Source of the DNA: Anaerolineales bacterium
Lineage (GTDB): Bacteria > Chloroflexota > Anaerolineae > Anaerolineales > UBA11579
Length of the DNA: 64,000 bases
Reading direction: 5' to 3'
NCBI GenBank assembly: GCA_040902205.1
Contig: JBBDXR010000034.1
Location: forward strand, 2,859-66,858
Each line of letters begins with the position of its first letter. Within the stretch, counting starts at the first letter, position 1. The position numbers were made by a program, and so were the translations under genes. The notes beneath the pieces are model-generated. The model did not search any database. It was not told the origin of the DNA and saw only the letters and a program-made list of their open reading frames with translations. This document shows, piece after piece, positions 52,313 to 61,983 of the stretch.

Positions 52313-53506
52313 CTATTTTCTGACGCCTTCGCTTACCGCGCGCGCTTCCTCGGCATGCAGCTCGCCCCGTTTCCGCCAGGCGAAACGGTCGGCGTAAGGG
52401 TTGGGCTTGCCTTCCAGCACATCGGCGGTGATCTTGCCGATCAGCGGCGTGAACTTAAAGGCATGGCCGCTGCCGCCAGCGCTGACCAGCAGGCCGGGCC
52501 GTTCGGGATCCTTGTCGATCCAGAAATCTCCGTCGAACGTGTCGCAGTAGAAACACAGCCTCTCGAACACTTTTGGCGCATCTTCGATTCCCGGCAGCGA
52601 TTCCACCATGAACTTGCGGAAGCGCGGCTCGGCTTCGGCTGGAACCTGGCGTTGTCCACGCGGATCCCGGTGCCAACCTGCTCCGTGGTTAGCGATCTTC
52701 AGCGTGCCGTCATCCCGCGCCGGGAATCCGTACCAGCCGGTCTTGCCCACGTCCGCCGTCCAGACCGGGAAAGCTGGCGGCTGGTAGCGTTTGACATCGG
52801 TAACTTGGAAATGGAATACAGCCTGGGCCGTGGGGCACATCACCTCAGCCAGCCAGGGGAGCAAGGCCGGCGTCCACGAGCCGGCGCAAAACACTACCGC
52901 ATCGCCGCGATACTTTTTGCCCTCTACGGTGCTCACGCCCTTCACAACTCCGCCTTCTTCGGTCAGCGCGCGAAAAGAAGTGCCTTCCACGATTTGGACT
53001 CCGCGTTGCAGGGCGCGTTCGGCCATCAAGGAGAGTACTCGGCCACTGGGAGACCAGCCGCCTTGCGGATTGAAATAGCCATCCGGATACAGATCGGCAT
53101 TCCAGGCCGGAAAGCGACTGCGGATGGCGCCGGAATCCAGTCGCTCAACGGAGTGCCCGCGTGCTTGTAACAGCTGGAAGCTTTCGAACTCGAAGTCGCC
53201 CTGGTCCATCCCATCCAGAGTCAAATACAGGACCCCCGTCTCGTGGAATACAGTTTCGTCGAATTCGCTATTCCAGGAGCGCCAGATTCTCAGCGCCTCT
53301 TCCATCATCCGCATATAGAACTGATCGCGGCCGTAGTCCATGCGGATGACCTTGCTGATGTCGTTGGAGGCCGCCTGGGGGTGAGGCAGCGGCCCAGGTT
53401 CAAGGAGAGTAACGCCATGCCCGCGAGAGGCGAGTTCAATGCTGGTGGCCACGCCAAATACGCCCCCGCCGACAACGAGGATCTGGCTGGACTTAGTGGC
53501 CACCAA
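52313..53506 (-). CDS. FAD-dependent oxidoreductase (DAO/sarcosine-oxidase-like)
   Basis: 397 aa with the N-terminal ILVVGGGVFGVATSIELASRGHGVTLLE. Confidence 0.85.
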   Translation of the reverse strand: MVATKSSQILVVGGGVFGVATSIELASRGHGVTLLEPGPLPHPQAASNDISKVIRMDYGRDQFYMRMMEEALRIWRSWNSEFDETVFHETGVLYLTLDGMDQGDFEFESFQLLQARGHSVERLDSGAIRSRFPAWNADLYPDGYFNPQGGWSPSGRVLSLMAERALQRGVQIVEGTSFRALTEEGGVVKGVSTVEGKKYRGDAVVFCAGSWTPALLPWLAEVMCPTAQAVFHFQVTDVKRYQPPAFPVWTADVGKTGWYGFPARDDGTLKIANHGAGWHRDPRGQRQVPAEAEPRFRKFMVESLPGIEDAPKVFERLCFYCDTFDGDFWIDKDPERPGLLVSAGGSGHAFKFTPLIGKITADVLEGKPNPYADRFAWRKRGELHAEEARAVSEGVRK

Positions 53507-54008
53507 AGATCTTCTCGCCGGCCCTGATGGGCACCTTCAGGCGATTTTCTGCCGGAGGAATAGGACAATTCCACAATTCGTTGTACGCGCAATACGGATT
53601 GTAGGCGTAGTTGAAATCCACGATGAACAGCCCATTGGATAGTTGTTGGGGTTCGAGATAACGCCCGGCACTGTAGGTATCAATTCCTGCCAACGAATCC
53701 ACGAAGAGCAGGAAGAAGCCGTGCGGACTATTGAACAAAGTGAGTTGCGCCTCCTGGCCTTCGACTTGGAATGAGAATCGCCCGTAACGCATATAGGTCT
53801 TCACGTCCCCTGTGGACGTAGGCAGCTGCACTTGGTCTTGCTTGGCAAAAGGCGGCACTTCGATCTCGAAGCGAAGGTCGGTATTCTCGGGAAAATAGCT
53901 TAAGCCTTCGAAGTTCTCTCGCTGTTCAGGCGTCAGCGGACTGTTCGCGTCATTGGCGAAGAAGCTGTCCTTGGCTTTGCGGAAGTCGGCGAGAGATTGC
54001 ATAGTCAC
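53493..54008 (-). CDS. DUF1684 domain protein
   Basis: 171 aa with ...FNYAYNPYCAYNELWNCPIPPAENRL, typical of DUF1684. Confidence 0.85.
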   Translation of the reverse strand: MTMQSLADFRKAKDSFFANDANSPLTPEQRENFEGLSYFPENTDLRFEIEVPPFAKQDQVQLPTSTGDVKTYMRYGRFSFQVEGQEAQLTLFNSPHGFFLLFVDSLAGIDTYSAGRYLEPQQLSNGLFIVDFNYAYNPYCAYNELWNCPIPPAENRLKVPIRAGEKIFGGH

Positions 54009-54919
54009 TGTACTCTCGTGAACTCCACGATCATGCGCTGGCTAAAGAAACGCACGGGGGATTTGCGGTTCTCCAAGTAGACTGATCCTTGAGTATCGCG
54101 CGGATAACCTGCCATCTTCAGGAGTCGGTTCACGACTTTCCGTGTAAAGCGTGGGAAATCCATACGGTATAGCAGGTACGAATGGATCTGCAAGCCGGGG
54201 ATCTGCGAGGTGATCTTCTCGAATTCCTCGAGGGTACAAAAATGGTGTGTGCTGTAGTTCTCGATCCTTGCACGGTGGGCGGGAGTGTGGTATTCGCGCA
54301 TAAACTTGCCGAACAGTGAATTCCTTCGCGGCCAATAATGAGCAGGTTCTGAAATGAAGCAACTCCCTCCTGGTTTTAGCGTCGAGTGTATCCACTGGAA
54401 GAGATCCAATCTGTTGGGGATATGATGAACGGTGGACAAAAGCACGATGGCATCCACCGGATCCAACTTCATCTGCTGGAAATCGCCATGGAGGACCGCA
54501 TGGGAAAAGCCCTTCCTGGTGTGCGAGAGTTTTGCCAGGCGTTCGTTCAAGAAGCCAAGAAACGCATCCACGATGTCGATGAGCGTCAGCTTGGTAACTG
54601 ACGGGAAATGGGCAATGCTGTGCGTGTAGAATCCGCTGCCGGGACCGATCTCGATGACGGAGGCGGGTTGCCTCCGCTGCAGGAATTGCAGGAGTTTCGT
54701 TCCGACGATCGTGCTGCCGCGATCATCGAGTGAATCAAAATCCTGGCCGCCCTGGTATAGCTCCGGGTCGGCGTAGTCCGGACGAAAATTATTGTGCAGT
54801 TGATTGGCCTGGAGGACTAGCTTCTTATCCTCGGGTCTCAGGCTCTCCCAGACGCGGTCATTGCGCCCCTGTAAATAGAGAAAAAAGCCAAGCCGCCCGC
54901 GAATGCTGGGTAAGCGCAT
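54005..54919 (-). CDS. class I SAM-dependent methyltransferase
   Basis: 304 aa with VIEIGPGSGFYT motif I. Lower GC than the neighbours. Confidence 0.75.
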   Translation of the reverse strand: MRLPSIRGRLGFFLYLQGRNDRVWESLRPEDKKLVLQANQLHNNFRPDYADPELYQGGQDFDSLDDRGSTIVGTKLLQFLQRRQPASVIEIGPGSGFYTHSIAHFPSVTKLTLIDIVDAFLGFLNERLAKLSHTRKGFSHAVLHGDFQQMKLDPVDAIVLLSTVHHIPNRLDLFQWIHSTLKPGGSCFISEPAHYWPRRNSLFGKFMREYHTPAHRARIENYSTHHFCTLEEFEKITSQIPGLQIHSYLLYRMDFPRFTRKVVNRLLKMAGYPRDTQGSVYLENRKSPVRFFSQRMIVEFTRVQ

Positions 54920-54939
54920 CGACCTAGCGTATCTTGGAA

Positions 54940-55998
54940 CTAAGAGAACAGCCGCAGGAGGTAAGGCACCGCTATGTTCAGTATCAGCCCAATGGTGAAG
55001 AATTCACCTGCCTGGCGGTTGTAGTGCATGGCCCAGCCTACATACCAAAGCGGCCAAACAGTCCAGCCTTCAGGGGCTTTTGCGGGTTTGGGTTCGGAGT
55101 ACATCTTCCAGGTGGTGCGCAGGCGGCCGATGGCCAGGAAGGTAAGCAGAACACCGGGTCCGGTGTAGCCCAAGGCGACCAGCGCCAGGATCAGCGCATA
55201 GAACAAAACGAAGGTGACTTTGTTTAGAACTTTGGCTCGTTCCTCCCCGAGGATAACGGGAATTGAGCGCACGCCTACCTTCTTGTCCGCTTCGATTTTG
55301 TCGATGTGCTTGCCAACCAGCACGGACGCCACAATAAGGCCGTAGGGCAGGGTCAGCAGCCAGACTTCGAAGGGCAGGGGAGCTCCGCCGAGCGAGACGA
55401 AGGCGGTGCCGCCGATCATCAGCGGACCCCAGACGATGAGGGCGGTGAGTTCACCGAAGCCGGCCCTCTTCAGGACACTGGTGTAGAAAAGGCTAAGCAA
55501 TAATCCGGCCACGGCGAAATAGACCACAGTGGTGCCCAACTGCGTATACAGATAAATCATGATAGCGGCGTCGATGAGGTTAAGGATGACCGCAGCCGTT
55601 ATCAAACCCCGTGGCGTGGTCAGCCCGCCCAGGAGTGGGTGGGGACTGTACTGGGCGCGGGGGTAGTCTTCAGTGTCAACGCCTTGCCGCACATCCAGGT
55701 AATCGTTAATGAGATTGTTCGACGCGTGGGCGATGACCACGCCGAGTACGGCCAAAAGCCCAAGACCCCAGTTGACGGTGCCCAGGCCGCGGGCGGACCG
55801 TTCGGCGGCTATCAGTAGGCCAAGCAAGCCCGACGTGAGGGACATGGAAAAGACGCAGGATCGGGAGATCACCAGCCAGCGGGTGACGCTGTCGGCCAGC
55901 TGGATCTGTGGTACGTTGCACCCGTCTAAGGCCATCTTCCAACGAGCCAACAGGGGGATGGGGTGAACGGAGCGGCGCGTTGCGCTTCGGGTACTCAA
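54940..55998 (-). CDS. UbiA-family (MenA-like) aromatic prenyltransferase
   Basis: 352 aa and polytopic, with the Asp-rich motifs NDYLDVRQGVD and DKIEADKKVG. TTG start 6 nt after AAGGAG. Confidence 0.85.
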   Translation of the reverse strand: MSTRSATRRSVHPIPLLARWKMALDGCNVPQIQLADSVTRWLVISRSCVFSMSLTSGLLGLLIAAERSARGLGTVNWGLGLLAVLGVVIAHASNNLINDYLDVRQGVDTEDYPRAQYSPHPLLGGLTTPRGLITAAVILNLIDAAIMIYLYTQLGTTVVYFAVAGLLLSLFYTSVLKRAGFGELTALIVWGPLMIGGTAFVSLGGAPLPFEVWLLTLPYGLIVASVLVGKHIDKIEADKKVGVRSIPVILGEERAKVLNKVTFVLFYALILALVALGYTGPGVLLTFLAIGRLRTTWKMYSEPKPAKAPEGWTVWPLWYVGWAMHYNRQAGEFFTIGLILNIAVPYLLRLFS

Positions 55999-56308
55999 GT
56001 TTTCTCCTTCATAGACATATTGTGAAGAATGTAGTTAGGCTTTCACATCATAGCATACCCGAGTCAACCATGCATAACCGCCCCTATGACCCTCGCCAAA
56101 AAGCGAAGAGCCGTTGAATACACGCGCCTGCAACTAGCCATCAAGCCGTGACCCCAGTCTCAGACTTTCTACGACTTCACTGCATGTCGCTTTCACCTGC
56201 TTATACGGGACAAATGACACGTGGCAGGCCTCCTATATTGCTCAAGATTAGCCTTGTGGGTTCACCAGTACGGTGGACTCAAGTTTTTTCTGATGGATCC
56301 CAAGGAGA

Positions 56309-57196
56309 ATGATGGCAAGAAATGTAACATGCGAATCATGCGGTGCGAAGAACTCTGCCTCAAACCGGTTTTGCGGAAGCTGCGGGAGAGAGCTTATAGT
56401 GACCGAAGCCGCCGAGCCCCTGGCGCAAGCTAAGCAAGGGATGCAAGGGTCGAATTTATCTGCAGCACAATTGGAGAGAAAATTCAGGATCCGGAATGCT
56501 TGGCTGCTACTTCTAATAGTTCTAGGATATTTGGGATGGCAATTTGTATTTCAGTTGCCTATCGACTACGACATATATGTGGCGCTTCATAGCACATTCT
56601 TCCCCATAGTTCTCCTATTGGGCGGGGTGGGCTTGTTGGTGAATTCGATTTGGTTCATGGTTCGGCGCAGATCAAGCCCAGCTTCAGCCGATCAGCCTGC
56701 CGCCAAAAAGCCCGCCTTGAAGTCCGAAGAACCGCCAGCAGGCAAACCCGCAGGGCACCGGCAAAGCTTAGGAGTCTGGCTGGTTCTAGCTTTTACGCTA
56801 CTTTTTCTCTACTTCGTCATCTGGCCATTCTTCGCTGCGTTCATTGCAGCTGACGGAGATCTTGACCGGTTTGCCGAAGAGCTTCAATCTTCAGATAGTG
56901 TAGTTATCACCTGGCTCTGGTCCTTTTCCGATTCGATCGTTTCGGGGTTAAGCAGTGGAGGCGATGGAGGCAGCTGCAGCTTCCAGTGGCCGTCAGGAGG
57001 AGGTTATTACACTACGGATCCGGGCGGCAATCAGATGTACGTGGCTGGCGCGGGCGGAGAACCGAACGCCAGCGACTGCTATAACGCCTACGGGACTAAC
57101 ATGTGCGATGACCCGAGCGGCAATCAGGTAAATATGGATCAATTATGCTCGGCGTATCCTTGTACGCCTTTATGTAAAAGGCTGGGGCTTCCCTGA
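56309..57196 (+). CDS. hypothetical zinc-ribbon membrane protein with Cys-rich C-terminal domain
   Basis: 295 aa with CESCGAKN...CGSCG, four hydrophobic segments and a Gly/Cys-rich tail. AAGGAG lies upstream. Confidence 0.6.
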   Translation: MMARNVTCESCGAKNSASNRFCGSCGRELIVTEAAEPLAQAKQGMQGSNLSAAQLERKFRIRNAWLLLLIVLGYLGWQFVFQLPIDYDIYVALHSTFFPIVLLLGGVGLLVNSIWFMVRRRSSPASADQPAAKKPALKSEEPPAGKPAGHRQSLGVWLVLAFTLLFLYFVIWPFFAAFIAADGDLDRFAEELQSSDSVVITWLWSFSDSIVSGLSSGGDGGSCSFQWPSGGGYYTTDPGGNQMYVAGAGGEPNASDCYNAYGTNMCDDPSGNQVNMDQLCSAYPCTPLCKRLGLP

Positions 57197-57228
57197 TATT
57201 TCGAGGAAATGGATCGAAAGATCCTCGA

Positions 57229-58326
57229 TCAGCTGATCTGAACGGTTTCGCCCGCGATAAATTCTTCGATCTGTTTGCGAGCCAGGTCATCGGGTGACTG
57301 TTGCGGAGGAGTCTTCATCAGGTAGGCGGAGGGCGCCACCAGCGCCCCGCTCAGCCCACGGTCGAGCGCCAGCTTGGCACAGCGCACGGCGTCGATAACG
57401 ACGCCAGCCGAATTGGGAGAATCCCAAACCTCGAGCTTGACCTCCAGGCTTAACGGTACATCGCCAAAGGCACGGCCCTCCATGCGGATGTGCGCCCATT
57501 TGCGATCGGTGAGCCAGGGAACGTAGTCGCTGGGACCCACGTGGACGTCGGCTGGGTCCATCTCATAAGGGAGCATGCTAGTGACCGCGCCGGTCTTGGA
57601 GATCTTCTTGGATTCCACACGCTCGCGCTCCAACATATTGTAGAAGTCCATGTTTCCCCCGAAGTTAAGCTGGTAGGTGCGATCTAAGTGGACGCCGCGC
57701 TCGACGAAGAGGCGCGCCAATTCACGATGCGTGATCGTGGCGCCTACCTGGCTCTTGATGTCGTCCCCGATCACCGGCAGGCCGCGTTCCTCAAAGCGGC
57801 GGGACCAATAATCCTGGCTGGCGATGAAAACCGGAATGCAGTTCACGAAAGCTACACCGGCTTCCAGGACCTGCTCGACATACCATTTTGTGGCCATTTC
57901 GGAACCCACGGGCAGGTAGTTCACTACCACGTCGGTCTGGGTCTCTTTTAGGATGCGGACTATGTCCGCGGTGGGGCCGGGGGCTTTCTCCACCACTTGG
58001 CGCAAGTATTTGCCCAGGCCATCATGAGTCATGCCACGCTGCACGGGTACCTTGAGATAAGGGACTTCAGCGAACTTAATAGTGTTGTTGGGGTAGGCCC
58101 AAATGGCTTCGCTAAGGTCTTTCCCTACCTTCGTCGAGACCACATCGAAAGCGGCAGAAAATTCAATATCGTGAATGTGGTAGCCACCCAGGGAGGCGTG
58201 CATCAAGCCCGGGATCTGTTCCGTCTCGCTGGCATTCTTGTAGTATTCAACGCCCTGGACGAGAGAATTGGCGCAGTTGCCTACGCCGATGATGGCCACG
58301 CGCACTTTCTTGGATCTTTCAACCAT
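57229..58326 (-). CDS. ino1: inositol-3-phosphate synthase
   Basis: 365 aa with [19 protein letters not shown]... typical of the short bacterial/archaeal MIPS. Confidence 0.92.
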   Translation of the reverse strand: MVERSKKVRVAIIGVGNCANSLVQGVEYYKNASETEQIPGLMHASLGGYHIHDIEFSAAFDVVSTKVGKDLSEAIWAYPNNTIKFAEVPYLKVPVQRGMTHDGLGKYLRQVVEKAPGPTADIVRILKETQTDVVVNYLPVGSEMATKWYVEQVLEAGVAFVNCIPVFIASQDYWSRRFEERGLPVIGDDIKSQVGATITHRELARLFVERGVHLDRTYQLNFGGNMDFYNMLERERVESKKISKTGAVTSMLPYEMDPADVHVGPSDYVPWLTDRKWAHIRMEGRAFGDVPLSLEVKLEVWDSPNSAGVVIDAVRCAKLALDRGLSGALVAPSAYLMKTPPQQSPDDLARKQIEEFIAGETVQIS

Positions 58327-58381
58327 AGTGACAGCCTCCGCGTACTGACGATTATACTTGGGGCGATCTTACGAGATTCCT

Positions 58382-58780
58382 ATGGCACGTGGGCGCAGGA
58401 CGATCAGCATCGAGTTGGAGGATTTCCTATCCAACTTCTCCCCGGAGGTGCGCAATTTAGCCTTGGCCCTGCGCGACCTGATACTGGATATCGAACCGGA
58501 TGCGATCGAGCAGATCGATGTGCCTGCCCATTTGCTAGCTTATGGATATGCTAAGACATACAAGCACTTAATCTGCGTGATCATCCTCTATACGGATTAT
58601 GTCAATTTTGGCTTTCCGCGCGGGGTGGATCTGCCGGACCCAGAGGCCATGCTTCAGGGTACAGGTAAGAGGGCTCGGCACATCAAGGTCGATGACCTGG
58701 GCCAGGTGGAGGAACCCGAGGTGGCAGCCATGTTGCAAGCGTCGGTGGATCTCACCCCCAGGCCTGATTCCGAGAACTAA
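58382..58780 (+). CDS. DUF1801 (YdhG-like) domain protein
   Basis: ...LICVIILYTDYVNFGFPRG... pattern. Start taken at ATG 58382. Confidence 0.7.
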   Translation: MARGRRTISIELEDFLSNFSPEVRNLALALRDLILDIEPDAIEQIDVPAHLLAYGYAKTYKHLICVIILYTDYVNFGFPRGVDLPDPEAMLQGTGKRARHIKVDDLGQVEEPEVAAMLQASVDLTPRPDSEN

Positions 58781-58782
58781 AA

Positions 58783-58825
58783 AACGCAATAGGCAGCCGC
58801 GCTTATCGGCTGCCTATTGCGTTTT
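58783..58825. terminator. 17-bp-stem terminator between convergent genes
   Basis: AACGCAATAGGCAGCCG-CGCTTAT-CGGCTGCCTATTGCGTT followed by TTT, preceded by an A-run. Confidence 0.8.
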
Positions 58826-58848
58826 GCCTGCAAAGGCGCCCCAAATAT

Positions 58849-59436
58849 TTAAGGCACTTCTATTACTACGGACATGAAGCCGAAGGCCTGGCCCGAAGCA
58901 CTCGCGATGGCCCACCAGCCGGTATAAGACCCGGCTGTTGCGGGAGCCACCAGCGAGACCGAGAGTTCCGCGGTTGCGCCCGGGGCAACTGAAACGGCAA
59001 TAGGTTGGCTTGTTGAGCCGCCCATTTGATCGCCGCTGCTGAAGATGATCGTGTAAGTAGTCGTCCAGGTACAGCTGCCATCGTTTTTCACTTGCCAGGT
59101 CTTGGTGAACGGCGTGCTGGCGGCGATCTCCTCGCCATCCGAGACGGTGACATCCGCGACGAACGTCATCACATCGCAACCCGCTGCAGCGCCTGCGCCC
59201 AGGCCTGCCGTGGGGCTAACGGCTGGCGTGCTGGTGACGGCCGGTGTACTGGTCGGCGGTAGGGTATTCGTGGCGCTCGGCGTCAGCAGGGCAATCTGCG
59301 TGTACTGGGCGTTCACGGTGTTCACCGCGTCGCCGACAGCTTGAGTGACCGTAGCCTGGATATCGGCTTCGGCAAGGCCGCAGGCGGGGGTGAGTAAAAA
59401 AACTAGCAAGCTTACCAAGAGAGCTGCTTTTTTCAT
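58849..59436 (-). CDS. lipoprotein with NBR1-type Ig-like domain
   Basis: Lipobox LLTPAC, a Thr/Pro linker, then FTKTWQVKNDGSCTW...GSYTGWW, resembling the Nbr1_FW Ig-like fold. Confidence 0.75.
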   Translation of the reverse strand: MKKAALLVSLLVFLLTPACGLAEADIQATVTQAVGDAVNTVNAQYTQIALLTPSATNTLPPTSTPAVTSTPAVSPTAGLGAGAAAGCDVMTFVADVTVSDGEEIAASTPFTKTWQVKNDGSCTWTTTYTIIFSSGDQMGGSTSQPIAVSVAPGATAELSVSLVAPATAGSYTGWWAIASASGQAFGFMSVVIEVP

Positions 59437-59539
59437 GGGGATGGCACCTCGTTCAGGATTCTATCTAGCATTAAAACGAGATATACCCGCATAGTAGTTA
59501 CTCATAATCCATTAAGCCGCATTTTTTGCGGGCACTTGC

Positions 59540-61045
59540 CTATAAGGTGTAGAGCTCACCATACTTGCCGCGTAAATAGCCGATATAGGGCTCGATCTGC
59601 AGCTTACCGCCGGTGGTACGCTCGATCAATTCACTGGGCGTGAATTTGGACCCGTGGCGGTAGATATTCTGCTCAAGCCAAGTGTGCAGTGTGCCGAACT
59701 GGCCTTTTGCCGTTTCGGCCGGGATCTCCGGGTGGGCTTTGAGCGCCGCCTGATAGAACAAAGCGCTCATGATATTGCCGAGGGTATATCCCTGGAACAC
59801 TCCCCCGATCAGTCCGCCGTACCAATGGACATCTTGCAGCACACCATTTACATCACTCGGTGAGCGGACTCCCAGGTCAGCTTGGTAACTCGCGTGCCAT
59901 ACCTCCGGCAGATCCTTGATTTCCAGCTTACCCTCCAACAGCTGCAATTCCAGATCGAAGCGCAGCATCACGTGCAGGTTGTAGGTCACTTCATCCGCGT
60001 CGGTGCGAATCAGCGAAGGCACAACCTTGTTGATCGCACGATAGAACGCGTCCAGCTTCACATTGCCCAGCTGCTTGGGGAATTTCGCTTGCAGTTTGGG
60101 ATAATAGGATTCCCAGAATCCACGGCTGCGGCCAACGATGTTTTCCCAGGTTCGCGATTGGCTCTCGTGCACTCCCGAAGATGTCCCTGCCGCCAATGGC
60201 GTGCCCTCGAGTGCGGGATCCACGCCTTGCTCGTACATGGCGTGTCCCGCTTCGTGCAGGGTGCTAAACAGGGCATCCGAGAGGTCAGCTTCATGCACGC
60301 GGGTGGTGATGCGCACATCGCCAATCGAGAAGCTCGTGCAAAAAGGATGGTGAGTTTTATCCTGCCTACCGCGTTCGAAGTCGAAGCCGAAATCCCGGAT
60401 GACGCTCTCCCCGAAGGCTAGCTGTTCTCCTTCAGGATATCCTGCGCGTAGTGGGCTATCGTCCGCTTCGGTCTGGGAGGTAATGCTCTTGACGATGGGT
60501 ACCAGCTGCTGGCGCAGTTCATTGAATATAAGCCGGACGTCGCTGGCTTTCATCCCTGGATCCAAAATATCGATCAATGGGTCGGCGATATGTTCGTATC
60601 CCGGGAAGAAGTTGGCGTATTCCCGGCTCAGGTCGAGGGTGACCTTCAGCAGGTCGGCGACGGCTCCGAAATCGTTTGCCGGGCGTGCTTTGGTCCAGGC
60701 CTGGTAGGTGAGGGCGGTGTGCTCGCTGAATTTTGCCACCCAGGCAGGAGGCACTTTGACCAGCTTATCGTAATTCCGCCGCGTCTTGCGGATCAAGGCG
60801 GCTTCATCGGAAGCATAAGGCAGGCTTGCCGCCCGCTTTTCCAGCTGGTCCAGCAAATTGCCTATGGCGGGGTCGGTGAATTTCTCCTGAGCCAACCTGG
60901 CAAGGATGGATTGCTGGCGGCTGCGGGCCGGAGCGCCGCCGGGGGGCATGTAGGTGGACTGGTCCCAGTTGAGGATGGAGCCCACCGAATTGAGGTCGTA
61001 GACCTCCTGCAGCCTGGTCTTCAGCTCGAGCAGTTGTTTTTCCAT
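59540..61045 (-). CDS. M32 family carboxypeptidase (Taq-like)
   Basis: 501 aa with HEAGHAMYEQG and overall M32 features. Confidence 0.93.
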   Translation of the reverse strand: MEKQLLELKTRLQEVYDLNSVGSILNWDQSTYMPPGGAPARSRQQSILARLAQEKFTDPAIGNLLDQLEKRAASLPYASDEAALIRKTRRNYDKLVKVPPAWVAKFSEHTALTYQAWTKARPANDFGAVADLLKVTLDLSREYANFFPGYEHIADPLIDILDPGMKASDVRLIFNELRQQLVPIVKSITSQTEADDSPLRAGYPEGEQLAFGESVIRDFGFDFERGRQDKTHHPFCTSFSIGDVRITTRVHEADLSDALFSTLHEAGHAMYEQGVDPALEGTPLAAGTSSGVHESQSRTWENIVGRSRGFWESYYPKLQAKFPKQLGNVKLDAFYRAINKVVPSLIRTDADEVTYNLHVMLRFDLELQLLEGKLEIKDLPEVWHASYQADLGVRSPSDVNGVLQDVHWYGGLIGGVFQGYTLGNIMSALFYQAALKAHPEIPAETAKGQFGTLHTWLEQNIYRHGSKFTPSELIERTTGGKLQIEPYIGYLRGKYGELYTL

Positions 61046-61181
61046 ATTGAATCCTTCCGCAAAGAGAGGCGCTATTCTAATTCACGGTGAATGGGAAACA
61101 GCCGCCTTTTCGATAATTGCGCCTGACTTTTCGCTGGTAAAATCTCTTTTTACGGCAATTTGTGACACAAGGAGCCATGAC

Positions 61182-61517
61182 ATGGAGATTTCGGAAAAAG
61201 CATACAAGCGATCAACCTTGATCAAGGTACAGGGCAGGCTGGACATGGAGACATCGCCCGACCTCGAGAAGTACCTCAATAAGGTCTTCAAGAAGGGGCA
61301 ATACAAGGTAGTCGTGGATCTCTCGGGTGTCGACTATATATCCAGCGCCGGGTTGCGCGTGCTAGTGTCCGGCCTCAAGTCAGCTCGGCGCTACAACCGT
61401 GGGGATGTGCGCCTGTCTTCGCTCAGCCCGCGCCTGAAGGATGCTTTCCACCTGGTAGGGTTCCATCAACTATTTCAAAGTTTTGATAAAGTAGAGGATG
61501 CGGTCGGAAGTTTTTGA
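61182..61517 (+). CDS. STAS-domain anti-sigma-factor antagonist
   Basis: 111 aa with VDLSGVDYISSAGLRVL. AAGGAG lies 7 nt upstream of ATG 61182. Confidence 0.85.
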   Translation: MEISEKAYKRSTLIKVQGRLDMETSPDLEKYLNKVFKKGQYKVVVDLSGVDYISSAGLRVLVSGLKSARRYNRGDVRLSSLSPRLKDAFHLVGFHQLFQSFDKVEDAVGSF

Positions 61518-61541
61518 GACCGTAGATAATGGCAGACCCGC

Positions 61542-61979
61542 ATGCCTGAGACCATTAAAAAGGGCAAAGTCTTTGTTTGGGAAGGAGAAACACGAAAGGG
61601 GTTCCTGACAGAGTTGTCCAATTTCGTCGAAGAAGTAGGCAAAGCCTTGAAAGTGAAGGAAGAGGAGCTTTGCGATATGCAGGTGGCGATTGGCGAGGCT
61701 GCCGCCAATTCGCAGGAGCATTCCTACGAGGGGCAGCGCGGCAGGCTGCGGCTGGAGATTCTCAAAGATAAAGGCAGAATTGAAATCTGCGTAACCGATT
61801 GGGGCAAATCTAGCCCCGATGTAGAAAAGGTGCCTGAACCAAAGATCGTACCGGACCTGGCCGAGGTGGACCTGGAGGGTTTGGGGATGATGATGATCCG
61901 CCGGGCGATGGATGAGGTGGAGTTCTCCATTACATCAAAGGGCGGGCACGCAGTACGGATGTGCAAGCGTATTCGCTAA
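61542..61979 (+). CDS. anti-sigma regulatory factor / Ser-Thr kinase (RsbW/SpoIIAB-like HATPase)
   Basis: 145 aa with IGEAAANSQEHSY and ...GLGMMMIRRAMDEV. Confidence 0.85.
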   Translation: MPETIKKGKVFVWEGETRKGFLTELSNFVEEVGKALKVKEEELCDMQVAIGEAAANSQEHSYEGQRGRLRLEILKDKGRIEICVTDWGKSSPDVEKVPEPKIVPDLAEVDLEGLGMMMIRRAMDEVEFSITSKGGHAVRMCKRIR

Positions 61980-61983
61980 ATAC

